A DNA stretch of 64,000 nucleotides from Lingula anatina. Lineage: Eukaryota; Animalia; Brachiopoda. The notes beneath the pieces are model-generated. The model saw only the letters and a program-made list of their open reading frames with translations. It searched no databases and was not told where the DNA came from. The stretch spans positions 23,936,848 through 24,000,847 of the forward strand of contig CM120643.1 in the NCBI GenBank assembly GCA_051362555.1, read 5' to 3'. The position numbers and the translations under genes were made by a program. Positions 35,901 through 49,939 of the stretch are shown piece after piece; position 1 is the stretch's first letter; the number at the start of each line of letters is the position of its first letter.

Positions 35901-37113
35901 TGAAGATGTATCTATCACCCAAAAGAATGTATGTAAGGCAGTAAGATAAGGAGTTTTGGGCGAAGGGTTACAATATCCTTAAAGTAAGTTTTTTTGATTG
36001 TGTTAGTTGAACGAATTTACGTTCCACAAGGAGTATTGTGGGGACACTACAGGTGCAATAAGATGTATGAACTGTATTCCAGTTACGGTTTACTAGTTCA
36101 GTTTTTTAACAAACACCCAACTTTTGCTCTGTTAAGCCTTTTTTTTTTTTGGGGGGGGGGGGGGGGGGAGGGGGCTATGGTCGAAAGCGATCCTGTGATC
36201 AGGTTATTTTTAAGAAAGCACTTAAAAGAAGAGATTGTAGGTATATGTAGATATTTAGTTGCGGAAGAGAGTTGATCTCGAGAATAATAGAAAGTAGCTG
36301 ATTGAATTACTGGGACATTTTGTGGAAATTTAAATTATGGTGTTGTTATAGTCAAAGTGTTTTTGAATGAGAGAGATATTCCCGATACATAAGATGGGGC
36401 CTTGTTCCCAATTTTAGAAAATGTTGTCTTTTGAGCATGCATTTTTATTCTATCATTAAGTGAAATCCAATTTAACTGCTCATGATCAATGACTTTAACA
36501 CTACTACAACTACTTTAAGCTACCGGTACATGTACTAGTGCAATTATACCAGTTTGGCATTGTAGTGAAGGTAAATAAGATAACTTCTCCAGTAACCACG
36601 GTAAACGGTTTGGTGGATAATGGGATTCAAAACTATAAACACTTTTTATCTTTTTAGATGTTTATCGATACAAACTTATATCATGTATTGTAGGTCGTTA
36701 TCTATGGCAAGGGAGTTGTTGTTCTGTACCGCATGTTGGCGGGAGAGTGGACGAATAAAAAATATTAATAAAAAGTATTTTGCCGCTGGCATACAAAAGT
36801 TACTTCGAAAAAAAAGTAGACTCGGGAAATCGGTGTTCAGCGCATTAGTGATGCAAAGAATAAAAAATGCGATACAGAATCACTGAAAGAAACGTCCTAC
36901 ACGTTTCAGATTGTGGCCTATTATGTATTATTTGGCCATGATAAATATGCCGCTAGAGTATACTTGGGAGCATAAATTTAACGGTGACTGAACAAAGCAC
37001 CGAATATCATAAAGGATGGTTAATACTTTTCCCTTTTGAAGAATTATACTTGTAACATAAACAATCAAAATCATAGTTTTGATTTTAGGCACAAAACCGC
37101 AAAAAAAAGATTG

Positions 37114-37191
37114 TTAGCAATATTGCTTAGAGTTCAAGAGCAAGAGCAAGAGCCAGGCCAAGAGCAAGGCAAACCACTTCAGCTTGTTCAT
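37114..37191 (-). pseudogene. Truncated poly-Arg peptide paralog (promoter plus first half of exon 1 only)
   Basis: MNKLKWFALLLA then diverges into (CTCTTG)n, giving WLLLLLLNSKQYC*. No GTAAG donor, and no exon 2 or 3 homolog downstream. The upstream block 37192-37330 is conserved. Confidence 0.8.
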
Positions 37192-39631
37192 GGTGAAGGT
37201 TAGTTGGCTAAGGGATAGCAGGAGTCTTTTCAACGGCCAGGCGCAAGCTGAAGGCGAAAACGCCCAGGTCTCAGTTTTGTAGCCCTGGAAATGTCAAAGT
37301 TCCCAAGGCATGCGCAATAATTCCATTTTTAGAAAGAAATTCAGTGACGCTGAACGTGATTGTGCTGAAAGAAGACACACCGTTGTTGCCTAGGTTTTTC
37401 GGGACAACTTAGAGACGGCCTAAGTTGGTTACCTATCACTGAAGCAATATAAGAAAGAGTTGATAAGAACATGCGAACAAAAAACATTCTACCATAAAAT
37501 TTTTATTGTTATTTATTTTGAACAGCAACTACTCAGGACGTGTTAATGACATAGGGACAGATAAAAAGACGAGTTTGGATTTGAAATCATACTTATTTAA
37601 ATTCATTGGAACAAAAGCTGACAGGAAAGTTTTGCACTCCAGAACATTTATTCGACCATGTATTGTTTGAAATTTGAAGAAGAAACAGAATGCATTTTTT
37701 TTATTATACTGACATATCACGTATTAAATAACTGCATGTCCATTGAGAGTCATTGATGTTCACTTGAACTTCTTTTTCAGGATCAAGACGATCAAACTGT
37801 TCATTCTGAATGGCAACCACTAAGTAATCGGATAAGCTAAGTAGATGTAACATTGTTTGCAAATAATTGCTCATGCTAAATATATAATATTTAGGATGAC
37901 GGATGTTATTTGACATTTTGGTGGTCTTTTGCAACCTTACAAACGAAATTTGCGCAAAATTGATTGTAAATGATAACTTTTGCTGACTCGTTGCATCATA
38001 AATTTTAGGATGATGAGTCGTATTGAATATTTGATACATATATTGATATGATAACCCATTGGCCATAACATTTAATCAAGGCAACAATTGTTATATTATT
38101 AAATGATTAGGACAGATGGGGTTATACTGTATTATAAAAGCGGCCTTGTATTTACTTATTCACTCCCTGGTTTTCTGCAGGTCAATTCACATTATTATCA
38201 GAAGACGCCGACAATGAACCCGTTGAGGTTACCAGTCGAACAGGTTATACATATGCTATTTTTGTCTCCTTGCAATGACAACTCCTTCGTGAGATCATTT
38301 TGACATCCCCAGCCGAATTTTACACTCCCAGTTCCAGTACGTTTTGTGCTATGCTCTGTCAGTTCTGCATTGTTACATGTGGCTGCCGTTCATGGATGTA
38401 GAGCCAAACTGTTGTGTCTTTTATCATTTCAGCGTGTTATGAACAAGTCTCCCCTTTTGGTCGAACTTTTTTTTTACCCAAAGTGTACATGCGCATTAAT
38501 TAACAGAACATCTCATTGTTTTTATGCAATGTTCATTATTCAAACATACTGCAAGAAGATGAAGAAGGATCAAATTAACAAGCATGCGTGCTTCACACAC
38601 TCGTACATATCTCCTTTGAAAAAATCAAATTATAAAAATACACAACAAATCTTCAGCTAAGAACACTATACATAGCGACTGAAAGGGTCTGAGATGTATT
38701 ACTTTGTCGGTTCATGTCTCCCACATCTGGTTGCTCATGAAAGAGATTGCAAATTGCAGTTTAAAGAGAAAAAGTCTTTAACTTTGCATGCTGCGTGCAT
38801 GAGAGGATACCGCTATTGTTTTTAAATTCTAAAAAAGAAAAAAATCGACTTGGTTTTCTTTTTTTTTCTTTTGCAAGATTTGTATTGTGACGTAGGTCTC
38901 GTTATGCTAATACAGGGCCCTTAGTTGGAGTAAAGTACTGCATAAAGTAAAAAAAAAACTTTATTTTGAGCACTGTCACTACCGGCGCATGTGAATATCC
39001 CCACCCTGCAGACATTAGAAGCATGTTATAGGAAGGCTGCAACACCTGACAAATATGCAAAGGCTGTGAATCCAAACACTGTTTCAGAATGTGGTTCTAA
39101 GTTTGATTTTCCAAGTGGATGCCGACCGCATTTTTGCTGATTCTGCATTCGATGTCAAATACCTGGCGTATAGTGACACGCAAGGCACAAATTAAGCCTT
39201 TATAATGATTCACAATTATTTGTTCATTTTGTCGTATTATGAACGCAGAATCAGATGACTTTGCTCTTAAATGCATGTACTTAGATTTATCATCGTTTAC
39301 ACCACATAAAATGTATGATAATATTTTAACATATAACCATAACATTTCCAGATTATTTTTTTATCAGTTGTGAAGCTACATGTACCCTCACCGTGTAAAG
39401 TCAACTCCACCACTACATGTACGAGTTTGAGTAATGAGCAGTATGGCCGCAGGTTTCGACATGGGGTACATTTCAACTCACAAACTTTTCTTAATTGCAA
39501 TAACAATTGCCCGATGATTTTGTATTGGAGGTTCATACCAAGGGCTTGGATTCCAGCTCCTAAAACATATACCTGTTTGAGTACAAGTTAAACATCTGTT
39601 TATTTAAGCAGACCACCAAAGCCCATTCCAA

Positions 39632-39673
<42 letters not shown>

Positions 39674-40599
39674 CCTCTGACAGTATTGAAACCCATACCA
39701 GGGTGAAATGTGAACAGATAACATACTAAGTGTCACAATGAAGTATGTCTTGTACTCACAATACAAAGACAAATGTAAAAAAGGTTTACATGCTACACTA
39801 CACACAGCACATGGCCGCGACACCAAACAATCCGCCATTTTCTTGTTTGGAAACAAGGCAATGCACGTGGAGGCGTATGTCAATCTATTTCACTGACAAC
39901 TCATTATACAACTGAAAAGTTAACTTGAAAATGGAATATAAGAACTCGAATCTAAGTGCATGGACGGACTGAACAGTGAACTGTGAGAAGGAAAAAATTT
40001 ACCCCAGGAAAATGTATTTTGACCGTATGAATGGCTTGGCACTTTCCTCCTCATGAAATGAGATTAATACAAGATGTGAAGACCTCCAATAAGTGACCCC
40101 AGGTGGCATGGATGATTTTGATTGAATATACTATAATGGCGTTGCAGTTGGTTGCTCCCAAGTCCTAACCAAACAATTTCCTTCTGAATAAGTGCAGGTC
40201 TCTCTAAATAATGTATCTTCCAGTACGTGAGAAAAAGGAGAAGACTACAGGTGGGGCTTCAAAACCCTTTTTTTGTGCAAAAACAGAGGGTGAAGTTACT
40301 TGGTGACGCAAAGATCCCCATCAATAGGCGGTATATACTAATTACCAGTATGTCATGCTTGTGCCATTTATCTCCTGCTGGCGTCTGGGTTTGTTTAGGT
40401 ACAGTGTAGGTTTATACATACAGGGGATACCAGTAAATCCTAGATTGCATATGCCACGGGCGCCGTGCGATGAAATCGTATACGATTTTTTGACATCGTA
40501 AGGGGCTACGGGCTATGCCGAGTATGTCTACATTTTGCAACACCACAAATGAAAATATTTGCACAGTTTGTTTTGATAATTATTTTTATGATATAACAT

Positions 40600-40960
40600 T
40601 ACGTAATTTTATGATGGCGTTCCACACACGGTGGGGGCAAATATAGAATGAGATCATTTTTGTTTGTATCCCTCAGTTATCCATTTCCGAGGATATCCCA
40701 CATATTCTTAATGAGTTTCTCATCAAGTGATTGAGCTGGTCATGGGGGCGGGGGCTTGGATCTGGTTCTCAAATAACTTATACAGTTAAACTGGTTGTAC
40801 ACGGAGTAGCATCATCATGCTGAAACATCAATGGATGGTCATGGACCACAAAGACACCCTCCACAGAATTCCGTTCTTTTCCAGTATTTGGATACAGTGG
40901 TCTGTGTTAAGGTTCCCGTTGACCACTGCCAGCTTGCCTACACCACAAGCTATGGCAGGG
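40600..40960 (-). mobile_element. Tc1/mariner transposase remnant (different family from 6359-8018)
   Basis: Minus strand reads MFQHDDATPCT (FQQDNAPxH motif), followed by a decayed SPDLNPIE region. About 55 bp of it is duplicated at ~41105-41160. Confidence 0.55.
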
Positions 40961-41169
40961 GCATAACCAGGCCTTTAAAAATGGTACGCACAGATTTTCA
41001 AAATTCCAAGTTACGGCTAAATGTAGACTTACGCAAACAGAAAAAGGGCGGAATCAATTAAATGTGCCAAATATCATAGCTCAGTTTTCACCAGTAATAA
41101 AATCATCAGTTGTACACGGAGTAGCATCATCTGCTGAAACATCAATGGATGGTCATGGACCCCTTTCAT

Positions 41170-41240
41170 AATTTGGCGGTTAGTCTGGCAATTTGGCGGT
41201 TAGTCTGGCAATTTGGCGGTTAGTCTGGCAATTTGGCGGA
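41170..41240. repeat. 20-bp tandem repeat (aatttggcggttagtctggc) x ~3.5
   Basis: Seen directly. Confidence 0.9.
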
Positions 41241-41712
41241 TGAAGACGCCCTCCAAGGGCAACCACTTGGTAAAAAAATGTATCCCTCTCACGTAGGAGG
41301 CACATATTTAAAAAGCATTAATATTGGAGTATTTCAATGGTTACTCTAGGTGGGTCAATGCTCTACTCCTCACATCTCCAATTTACACGATGCTCGGTTG
41401 CCTAGTTGCTATGTAAGAGAAGTTTAAAACAATTGTAGCAATGTACATAATTGCGGTAGGGTGGCACTTCTTTTGCTGTGTGGGAATACATTCCATTGCA
41501 CCTTCTCAAGAGCGCTAAATGCCCCAGTACTACCAGGGCGACGGATTGATTTTTCACAAATAATTCACATATATATATGTCTTTAAATAAATAGATGGTC
41601 ATTTAATTCTCTCTCACCCTGTGATGAAATCCCAAGAATGATTACATGGCTGGTAATTGTTTGTGTCAAAGCGATCAGTTTTATTTGCTTTATTGAACAA
41701 CACGAGTCAGGT

Positions 41713-42118
41713 CTGAAAATGCAAAGAATTGTCTCATTTCAAGACAACAAACTGGACAAGAAGGACCACGGCTTTCCTATGGCGCCATTTGGGAACAACT
41801 CATATTATTAACAACATGAAATTAATCAACTTAAAAGCAACTTAATCACAAGAATAAAAACATGAATAACTATACAACAAAATTACTTAACTAATAAAAC
41901 GAAATATTTCGAAAATAAACAAATTACAATAAATGCAACGAAATGGGAAGTAGGAAAAGAATGATAAAGGAGGAACAATAAGAAACCAAAAGTTGAATAC
42001 CAAACCAAACATAAAAAATTAAAACAGAAATAAACCCACGCCTACCTGAAAATGTAAAGAATTGTCTCATTTCAAGACAACAAACTGGACAAGAAAGACC
42101 ACGTCTTTCCTATGGCGC
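41713..42118 (+). repeat. Pair of ~70 bp direct repeats
   Basis: ctgaaaatg.aaagaattgtctcatttcaagacaacaaactggacaagaa.gaccacg.ctttcctatggcgc at ~41713 and ~42046. Confidence 0.8.
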
Positions 42119-43959
42119 GACTTGCGAACGACTGATATCTTTCCCTCGCGCGAAAGAGTCCTCGGACAGAGAAAAAAAACACACAAAATAATACGAAAAT
42201 TCAGGAGAGCCCAAGGAGAGCGCAACTAAAGCACTTCGCCTGTCACATTTGCAACTGCTCAGGCACTGCCAATTAACATGCCCAAGCCAAGTCAACTTGC
42301 CAGAAATCAAGACAGTTAATTACTCGGATATTAATCACTTGCTCTTTTGTGACAGATAAAATAACTCCTTCTGAATAGCTTGTTACTTAAGATTGAAGTT
42401 AACTGAGGAATCTCCTGTAGTAGCTCCCTACAGAGAGGGCACAATGCCATCTGCGCGCGTGCAAATTTTATTGCCTCCATCTAGCCAAAAGTTACAGGGT
42501 GGCTTTTGGAAAATGTGCCTTTAATATCTGCCGTCCTGGTAGAAAGTCATTGTCAATTGGTTTTTGTTGATTTGTGAATTTTCTTATTAAAATTAGCTTG
42601 ACAATAAAATTTAACTGCCATCTGTATTGAATAATAAACATTTTGATATGAACCGACAGAGACAATTAATTTCAGCTTATTTTAATTACTATTTTTTAAT
42701 AAGAAATTGTTCTTTATTATGAATGCCAAGCTGTTGTTTGTCAAAATATGTCATCATGGTTCTTTCAGATTAAATGCTCAGGTGAAATTTGCACGAAAGA
42801 AATCACTGTGTATGTATATCTTCATACATTATTGTTCATACTGTTTGGTGATTGACGTTGGGGGATCGAGTTGTTTGGATGAATTATATCATGTATTATA
42901 GACTAATAAACATTTCATAGATTAAGAGTCCCTGTTTTAACCGTTCTGAGATATTTATTTAGTAAGTTAAATGTTACGTTGTGTAAATTTTTAAATAGTG
43001 ACAAATAGTCAATGACGTTAAATCAGGTTTCTTAGATTGTGTTAGTTGAACCAATTCACGTTTCCCAAACACATTTATGTACCATAATTTCTACAAAGGT
43101 ACGGTAACTATTTTAAGACAGACAACGTGCGTTTAGAAGATGTTTTAAGCAAAATTATGATAATGCTTGCAACGCAGGTGATAGGTTTTGATTATTCATA
43201 ATATTTTCCGATCAAAATGGGTTTTTGAAAACTATGAAATAAAAAAAATAGAAAAAAAACCTCTGCTTAACAACATTTCGATCTCACCCAGAAGTATTCG
43301 GCTCTTGGTCACAATCCGAGACGGGATGTTTTTCTCAAACTCTCGACGAATTACGGGGCTCAAGAGATCAGCTTTTTCCAGCAGCCTGCCGGTTATCACA
43401 GTCAACATCAGGCCTACCCATCTACATGTACCAGACGAGACACCGTAGGATCAGGAATTCACTCGAAGATCGGATCGCACTACTGGTTTTCAAGGTGTGT
43501 AGTGCGTGTTTCACAGGATCATACCCCGAGCCAAATTTTGTACAGATGTACGACGACTGCAAGCTCTACCTGACTTCCGGGTATCGCGCCTCGTGAACAT
43601 ACATTGTAGACTGTTCGAGTGCTTCTTTTATGGTTTAGATATTTGTAACCTGAGTGTCCACCTTATTCTGGACAATTTTCAAGCACCAAACTTCCCCCAC
43701 ATCTCCAACTTGGTGCTTACATATACTGGTATTAGTCTATAAGGTCTTATATCTTAAGGAGTGTTAGCTACTCTAAATGTCCTAGAAGACGCGTGTGAGT
43801 ACTGCTAAACAACCAAGCCAGTTCCTTCAAAAACAAAAACAAAGGTCAAATAAGCATTATTACCGGAAAAATATTGCTTTGATTTCATGAATTTATGGTA
43901 GCGTAAACCGAAATTTTCTCACAACTTAATCAAAGTGCCGCGTAGGCCTACTATTAATG

Positions 43960-44340
43960 CGAAATCTGCGGTCTGTAGACCAATTGCTACTCAACCCAGT
44001 ATGCGATTAAAAACCTACGGTGATATATCTTTCAAAGCTGCAGGTCCAAAGGAATGGAATCTATTACCGCTGGAAATCCGAGCAATTCAGTCTACCAAAC
44101 ATTTTAAAAAAGAACTCAAAACATACCTTTTTAGGAAATATTTTGATTAACTCTTAATTGGTTTTATAAATTTTGTATTAATTGCATTTAATTGTATGGA
44201 ATAATGGTTGTTTTGCCTAGATTTTATTTATGATATTTTATGTATTATTATTTATGATATTTTATGTAAAGTCTACTGAACATTTTAAATGGATTTTAGA
44301 CTTAAAATAAATTTATCATTATTTATTATTATTGTTATTT
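43960..44340 (+). mobile_element. 3' fragment of an L2-group LINE
   Basis: LKTYGDISFKAAGPKEWNLLPLEIRAIQSTKHFKKELKTYLF is the typical L2 ORF2 C-terminus; AATAAA and a (TTA)n-like tail near 44305-44338. Confidence 0.8.
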
Positions 44341-44982
44341 TACACTCGAAAGTAATCCGGACAGCTTCACAATGTATTTGGAGATACGACAAATAAGCTT
44401 ATCATCATCATTTAAAATAAAAAAGAAAGCCACTTGGTATTCATACAAACTGTGAATCGTGAAAAGAGTAAGAATTGCAAAAGGTTCCCGCCAAAACGTT
44501 ATCCTCATAACATCAGCAAAAGACAATTAAGAAAACAACCAAGATAGCTCTGAGATTTTATTTCAGATGCTAGACCAATTTGCACTTTGAGAGTTACAGT
44601 AAGAATCTAATCATTTCTACATCAATATTTTTCAAAGATTTAAAACAACAATACTTGAAAGGAAAATTGAATCTATACCAGTATGTCTCAGTATTTGTGT
44701 ACGTGTGCGTGAGTGTGATTGTGTGTTTGCATGCATGTGTGCTTGTGTGTGACAATCTTCCTCGCGCTATCTACACTATGGTTGTTCTCAGAACTCGGAT
44801 TGACTCAAACAAATTCCGAAATACTTGGTTGTTTTTGAAACCCAAAGTATGAAACTGTTAAAATGAATCGTTTTTCATTAACGTTGTGTCTGAACATATG
44901 CACTTGAAATTTTGTCGTCAGTGTGCTCCTCTCTCTCTCTCTTTTTCATGGCCGCATGTCGTCAAAATATGGGTCGATTCAT

Positions 44983-45768
44983 TCATTCGTCATCGTCATC
45001 ATCACCATCCTCATCGTCAACTTCGTTGTCATCACTGTCATCCTTAAATTGCACCAACTTTTGAAGGAGCTGAAATGCCGATAACATTTACCTGGATAAT
45101 CATCTTTACATTGTGCATAATGCTACTGCTGCATTACTTTCATGAAATAAAGTACATTTCTCCCTGGTCGTCCAATCTCTAAAATAATTACTAAACTAAA
45201 GTAAACATTTAAATGATGTTATTTGATGATTTCAAAAAGATATCCATTAACTTCAATTATGTTTCTCTGATGATTTGGCAATGACAAGTGATCAGATTAA
45301 AAAACGGCTTGGAACTGATCTAATGATGTTTTGTGTGTAAGCTCTTACCTCGTCGCTGGCTTTCTCTCCCGCTTCCTGGGCGTCTTCCACCGCAGTGCTA
45401 TCGCCAAAGCTGCGACGACGACGACGACGGCGGCGGCTGCAGAGGCGGCGGCGCCGAAAGCCTAATTGCATAATTTGCGAAAACCCAGTAGTATATATGC
45501 CCTCCCTGTTGCTTAGCCAAAAAATCTTCCCATTTCTCAGTTAACCCTTATTCATAAGTTTATGCATTTTTTACTGACAATATCATTTAATTTAGTTTGA
45601 ACAGTTTCGTGAAGGATGATAATACAGAGAACGGAATACAGTAACAAAATCAAGGCACTTTTATTACTCCATTTAGTCCACATAGTCTTTCTTACCTTCG
45701 GATTCATCAAACATCTCCACCAAAAGCATGATAGCCAAGAGCACTGCAAACCACTTCAGCTTGTTCAT
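44983..45768 (-). CDS. Secreted poly-arginine peptide precursor, copy 4 (3 exons, 90 aa, single Cys)
   Basis: Exons 45768-45696 (MNKLKWFAVLLAIMLLVEMFDESE+G), 45461-45349 (GFRRRRLCSRRRRRRRRSFGDSTAVEDAQEAGEKASDE) and 45069-44983 (LLQKLVQFKDDSDDNEVDDEDGDDDDDE*). GT-AG introns, phases 1 and 0. Confidence 0.88.
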
Positions 45769-47703
45769 AGTGAATGTTTGGCTACAGGATAGCAGGAGTC
45801 TTTGAACCGGTCACGCACAAACTGGAGGTGAAAACGCCCAAAATCTCAGTTTTGTAGCCCACGAAATGTCAAAGTTCCCAAGGCATGCGCAATGATTGAA
45901 TTCTTCCAAATAAATTCAGTAATGTTGCACGTGATTGTGTTGAAAGAAGCTTAAAGTTGCCACCGAGCTTTTTTCGGGACAATTTTGTTAGTTACATATC
46001 ACTGAAGCTTTGCATGTCGCACGAACATAATGCAAAATGCGCAAATAATTCATGTCACCAATTTAAGAACTAGAACAATTTTACATAGAAAACATTCAAC
46101 ATAATTTTTTTATTATAATCATTTTGATCGGCAACTGCCCTGACGTTTTTATAACAAAGGGACAGAAATAAAGACAAGCTTGAAATGAAAACCCATACTT
46201 ATTTTGAATCATTCAACCAAAAATCATCAGGACATTTTTGTACTCAAGAACATTTATCTGACCATGCATTGCTTGACAGGATGGCCATAATTGTTATACA
46301 GTAATACTGACAAACCTGGTATTAACTTACTTCAAGTTCACTCCCTGGTTCTTTCTGGGTCAAAGCACCTCATTATTAAAAGACATCGGTATTGAAACCG
46401 GTGAGGTCACAGGTCCAACAGGTTCTTAAACACATGCTGGAGTGGTTTATTTAGCAGAGAGCTATCTTTAGTGAGATCATTTTGAGATTCCCAGCCGAAT
46501 TTTACACCTCCAGTACAACAAATTTAGTCGTCTAAGGTCTTCGATGGAAACTGCGTCCTTGAAACCTCTGAAATTTGTCCAAATCGGTACCTTTTCAAGA
46601 CAGATCGGCAGGAAGGTCTTAATGCATGCATGCATCATAAATCGAAAAAGTTTATCCCACACATTACAAACAAGCAATATACCCTGAGATACATAGCGAA
46701 GAAGTAAGAAATGACATTTCCCCTTTTTCTCGAAAAAATTGACATTCATTATAATCAATGACACCATGAAAAATAATCAAATACCTATGATATGAGAACG
46801 ACGATTTGCGTGCGAAGAATATTATTTTACTAAAAAAAACATTCTTCAAAAACGATGCATTTTTACTCATTTTGAACAGACGATGGCTTTTTATTAACAA
46901 ATGAACAGACGTAATTAATAGTTTGAAAAGAATAATTAACAGTATCCTAATCCATTCGGCCAAGAACAGTTAATGTTAATTCTTTTTAGGACGCTCATTC
47001 TATAGTTTTAAAATGATTACGCATCATTTGTTCACAAAAAACATCTATACGACCATGCATTGACAATGACCCTGTTGAAGTCCCCAGTCGAGCAGGTTAA
47101 AATATGTGGAGAGAGGGAGTATTGTCTTCAGCACTTTAAAGTCTGGATGAAGGATTAGACGATGAAGCTATTTATTCAATCACTAAACATTTCAAGGCGT
47201 TCTGCACAAGTCTCACATTTTGGTGAAAATTGGCGTACTTAAAAACCAACTTGATACCTTTTATTTACTAAAAGATCGGCTCATTGTTTTGATGCAATTA
47301 TCAATATTCAAATAACCTGGTTTACCTGTACATGTAGAAGTATTATCCACAAAGTTATAAATTGTGCATGTATGCGGTCGTTTTACACAACTTGTACACA
47401 TCATAAAAACAAATGTACAACAAACCCTCATTCATGAAGCTTGGAGAATACTTAGAGGACAGAGTGCGAATTATAAACTGAAAACAAAAACGTGAGATTT
47501 AAGTGGTGAAATAGATAATTTGAAGGAAAAAAACAACAACGCAGTATGATCTATGTTTAAAAGCATTTAAGAAGTGATCAGCTCTCTAATTATCCCTTGT
47601 ATTTCATCATTACGTCGCAGTTTAGATATGTTCACAGAATAAGCCAGAGAAACGAACGTGAACATCTAGAAAAATGCCAAACAGTGTCCTTGGTAGAGGG
47701 TAG

Positions 47704-47741
<38 letters not shown>

Positions 47742-47826
47742 AATAAAAGTCCAATGCAAACAATTCATGTCCGAGGGAATACAAGGTCAGGATCTTAGTT
47801 TAGTATTAGAATGTTTTGATGTGCAG

Positions 47827-48534
47827 ACTCCCGTTTCACAAAAAAAACTTAAGTCGCGTTCCCGGACTAAGAGCTTGGTTACCAACGTAATAAAGTCCTT
47901 ACGTCACTAAGTCCCCTTTCACAAAGAATCTAAAAGGCCGCTCACGTTTTTTTTTTCTTCGCTTCTGTCGACGAAGCCTAGCCACCTCGGGAGGAGACTT
48001 AAGTCGGCATGCTTAACTAAAAGTCAATAAATGAGAGTATTATCAACATACATTTTGAAAGTACATATAGCTTCGCCAAGATATTGTGTTATAATATCTT
48101 TGAATGTTACTGTAATTTATTTATTTAAAAATAAATAAATAAATAAAATGCAACATCACCCAGCCGATCTTGGGTTTGTTTATACTTTTGACCGCTAGGT
48201 GTCCGATGGCAGCGTTCAAGGATAAGCTAATTTTTACCGATACTTTAAAGTTGTAATAAAGTTTAACATAGTTCAATACCTATCTTAATTTACGTTTTGA
48301 CTGCTTTTATGGTTGACAAACGACCGTTCGCGGCCGAAACATCAAGGATTTTTGCATGTACACATCGTTTTCTGAAAGAGTTTCTCGTGCGTGTCGACTA
48401 CCGCAAGCAAGCCAAGCTAAAACGTTAGAGTGTTAGTGAAACACTCCTCGGCGACTGCAGCGCAGTCGACCTAGCTAGGTCACTCAGCTTGTGCTTGTCA
48501 ACTATGGATTTAAGATTCTTTGTGAAACAGGGAC
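47827..48534. mobile_element. PIF/Harbinger-like MITE
   Basis: Ends actcccgtttcacaaa...cttaag and taagattctttgtgaaacagggac are inverted; possible 3-bp duplication CAG. Confidence 0.5.
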
Positions 48535-49939
48535 CAGGGCAAGTTGTAACTGATCAATACACTTAGTGTCACAGAGAACCATGTTAAACTTCAACTTCAA
48601 CTTCTTATTTTTGCCAAGTCAGATCTTAAAAAAGATAAAACCTTTCAAATAAAAGTTTATCTGAAGCGTAAATTGTACTGCTATTATTATACCAGCCTTC
48701 TGCATATAATACCAGTGACCATTCATTCAGAACGATTGCTTATAGTAGTTTTAATCCCTTCGGTGCCATCTGGGGTCGCAACCTGGAGATCTGATTACCC
48801 TGTGGTATGTGAGTGTCCTGAAGAGGAATGTGCGGAAACCTTTTCAAATATTATAATAGTTTAATCAAATGTGGAAAACTGGGCGCCTACTGCAGAGACA
48901 AAATGGCGATAAGTCCTCTAAGAATGCCCTTCAGAGAAAGCTATTAAAGATTCGGCTTCTGACTGCCTGGTCGTGCTATTTAGTCATTTTATGAAGCCGC
49001 CTTTGCAGCCCATGAAAATTTTCACCAAGTGTTGTGAAGTGCAGCATGTAGAACACAATTTATCTTGTCAAAGTAGTGAGTGTGAGGCATGGTTTTCTGT
49101 GACACAAAGTTTATCGATTGATCATATTTTAACCTGGAATGAGTTTCAATTTAGTCAGAGAAAATAATGTACATGTAGTATTTCTGTAGTAGGTATGGGA
49201 ACCCAGTCAAAGTAACTAAAAGTTACATGGTGGGAGAACCAGGCTCATGCAGCGATCTATATGTAGGCCTACAATTCTTTCGCCACTGTAGTATGGTGGA
49301 TTGTGTAGTGACTAAAGGACAAAATATTATACGTGAAGAGGTAAGTTATGTCAATGTGACGAAGTATTAGGTACCGGTAATGTAACTGACTGCTTGCTGT
49401 CATACTTTAAAAACGAAGCCGGTTTCAAAAGTAGCACAAGGTGGGGCTGAACTGCATGCAAGCATCCCTGTGTCCTTGGTACTAAAGACTTAGCATGAAA
49501 ATTCACCCACATCACTATTGTCATTGACCGACAAGAACAGAAAGACTCGGTCCATGTCTTAGTGAGTGCCCCGAAAAGGAAGTCCTCAATGTTAATGCAA
49601 CACGGGCGTGCTTAATATATGGTTCATGACTCTCCACCGAAAAGAATACGAGTACTTTTCATTCTTAACGACTTACTGGTATTTAATTAAATACTTCAAA
49701 GATTAGATATTTAACAAAACACATGCTGAGAATATACTGTATTTTATTGCACCTCCACAAGAAGTCTTCAAATCCCTTACATTACGGTGTCTCAGATTTC
49801 TGTTTAATTGAGAAGGTAAAATTTGCACGAAGGAAATCACTGTGTATTAACAGAATCAGCATCTTCATGTTGTCCATACTGTTTGATGATTGACGATTGA
49901 GGGTTGGGTTGTTTGCATGAATTATGCATGAATCATGTA

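Noticed and set aside
41170-41240. Possible CRISPR-like array
   Set aside because: Contiguous tandem repeats without spacers in a eukaryotic context.
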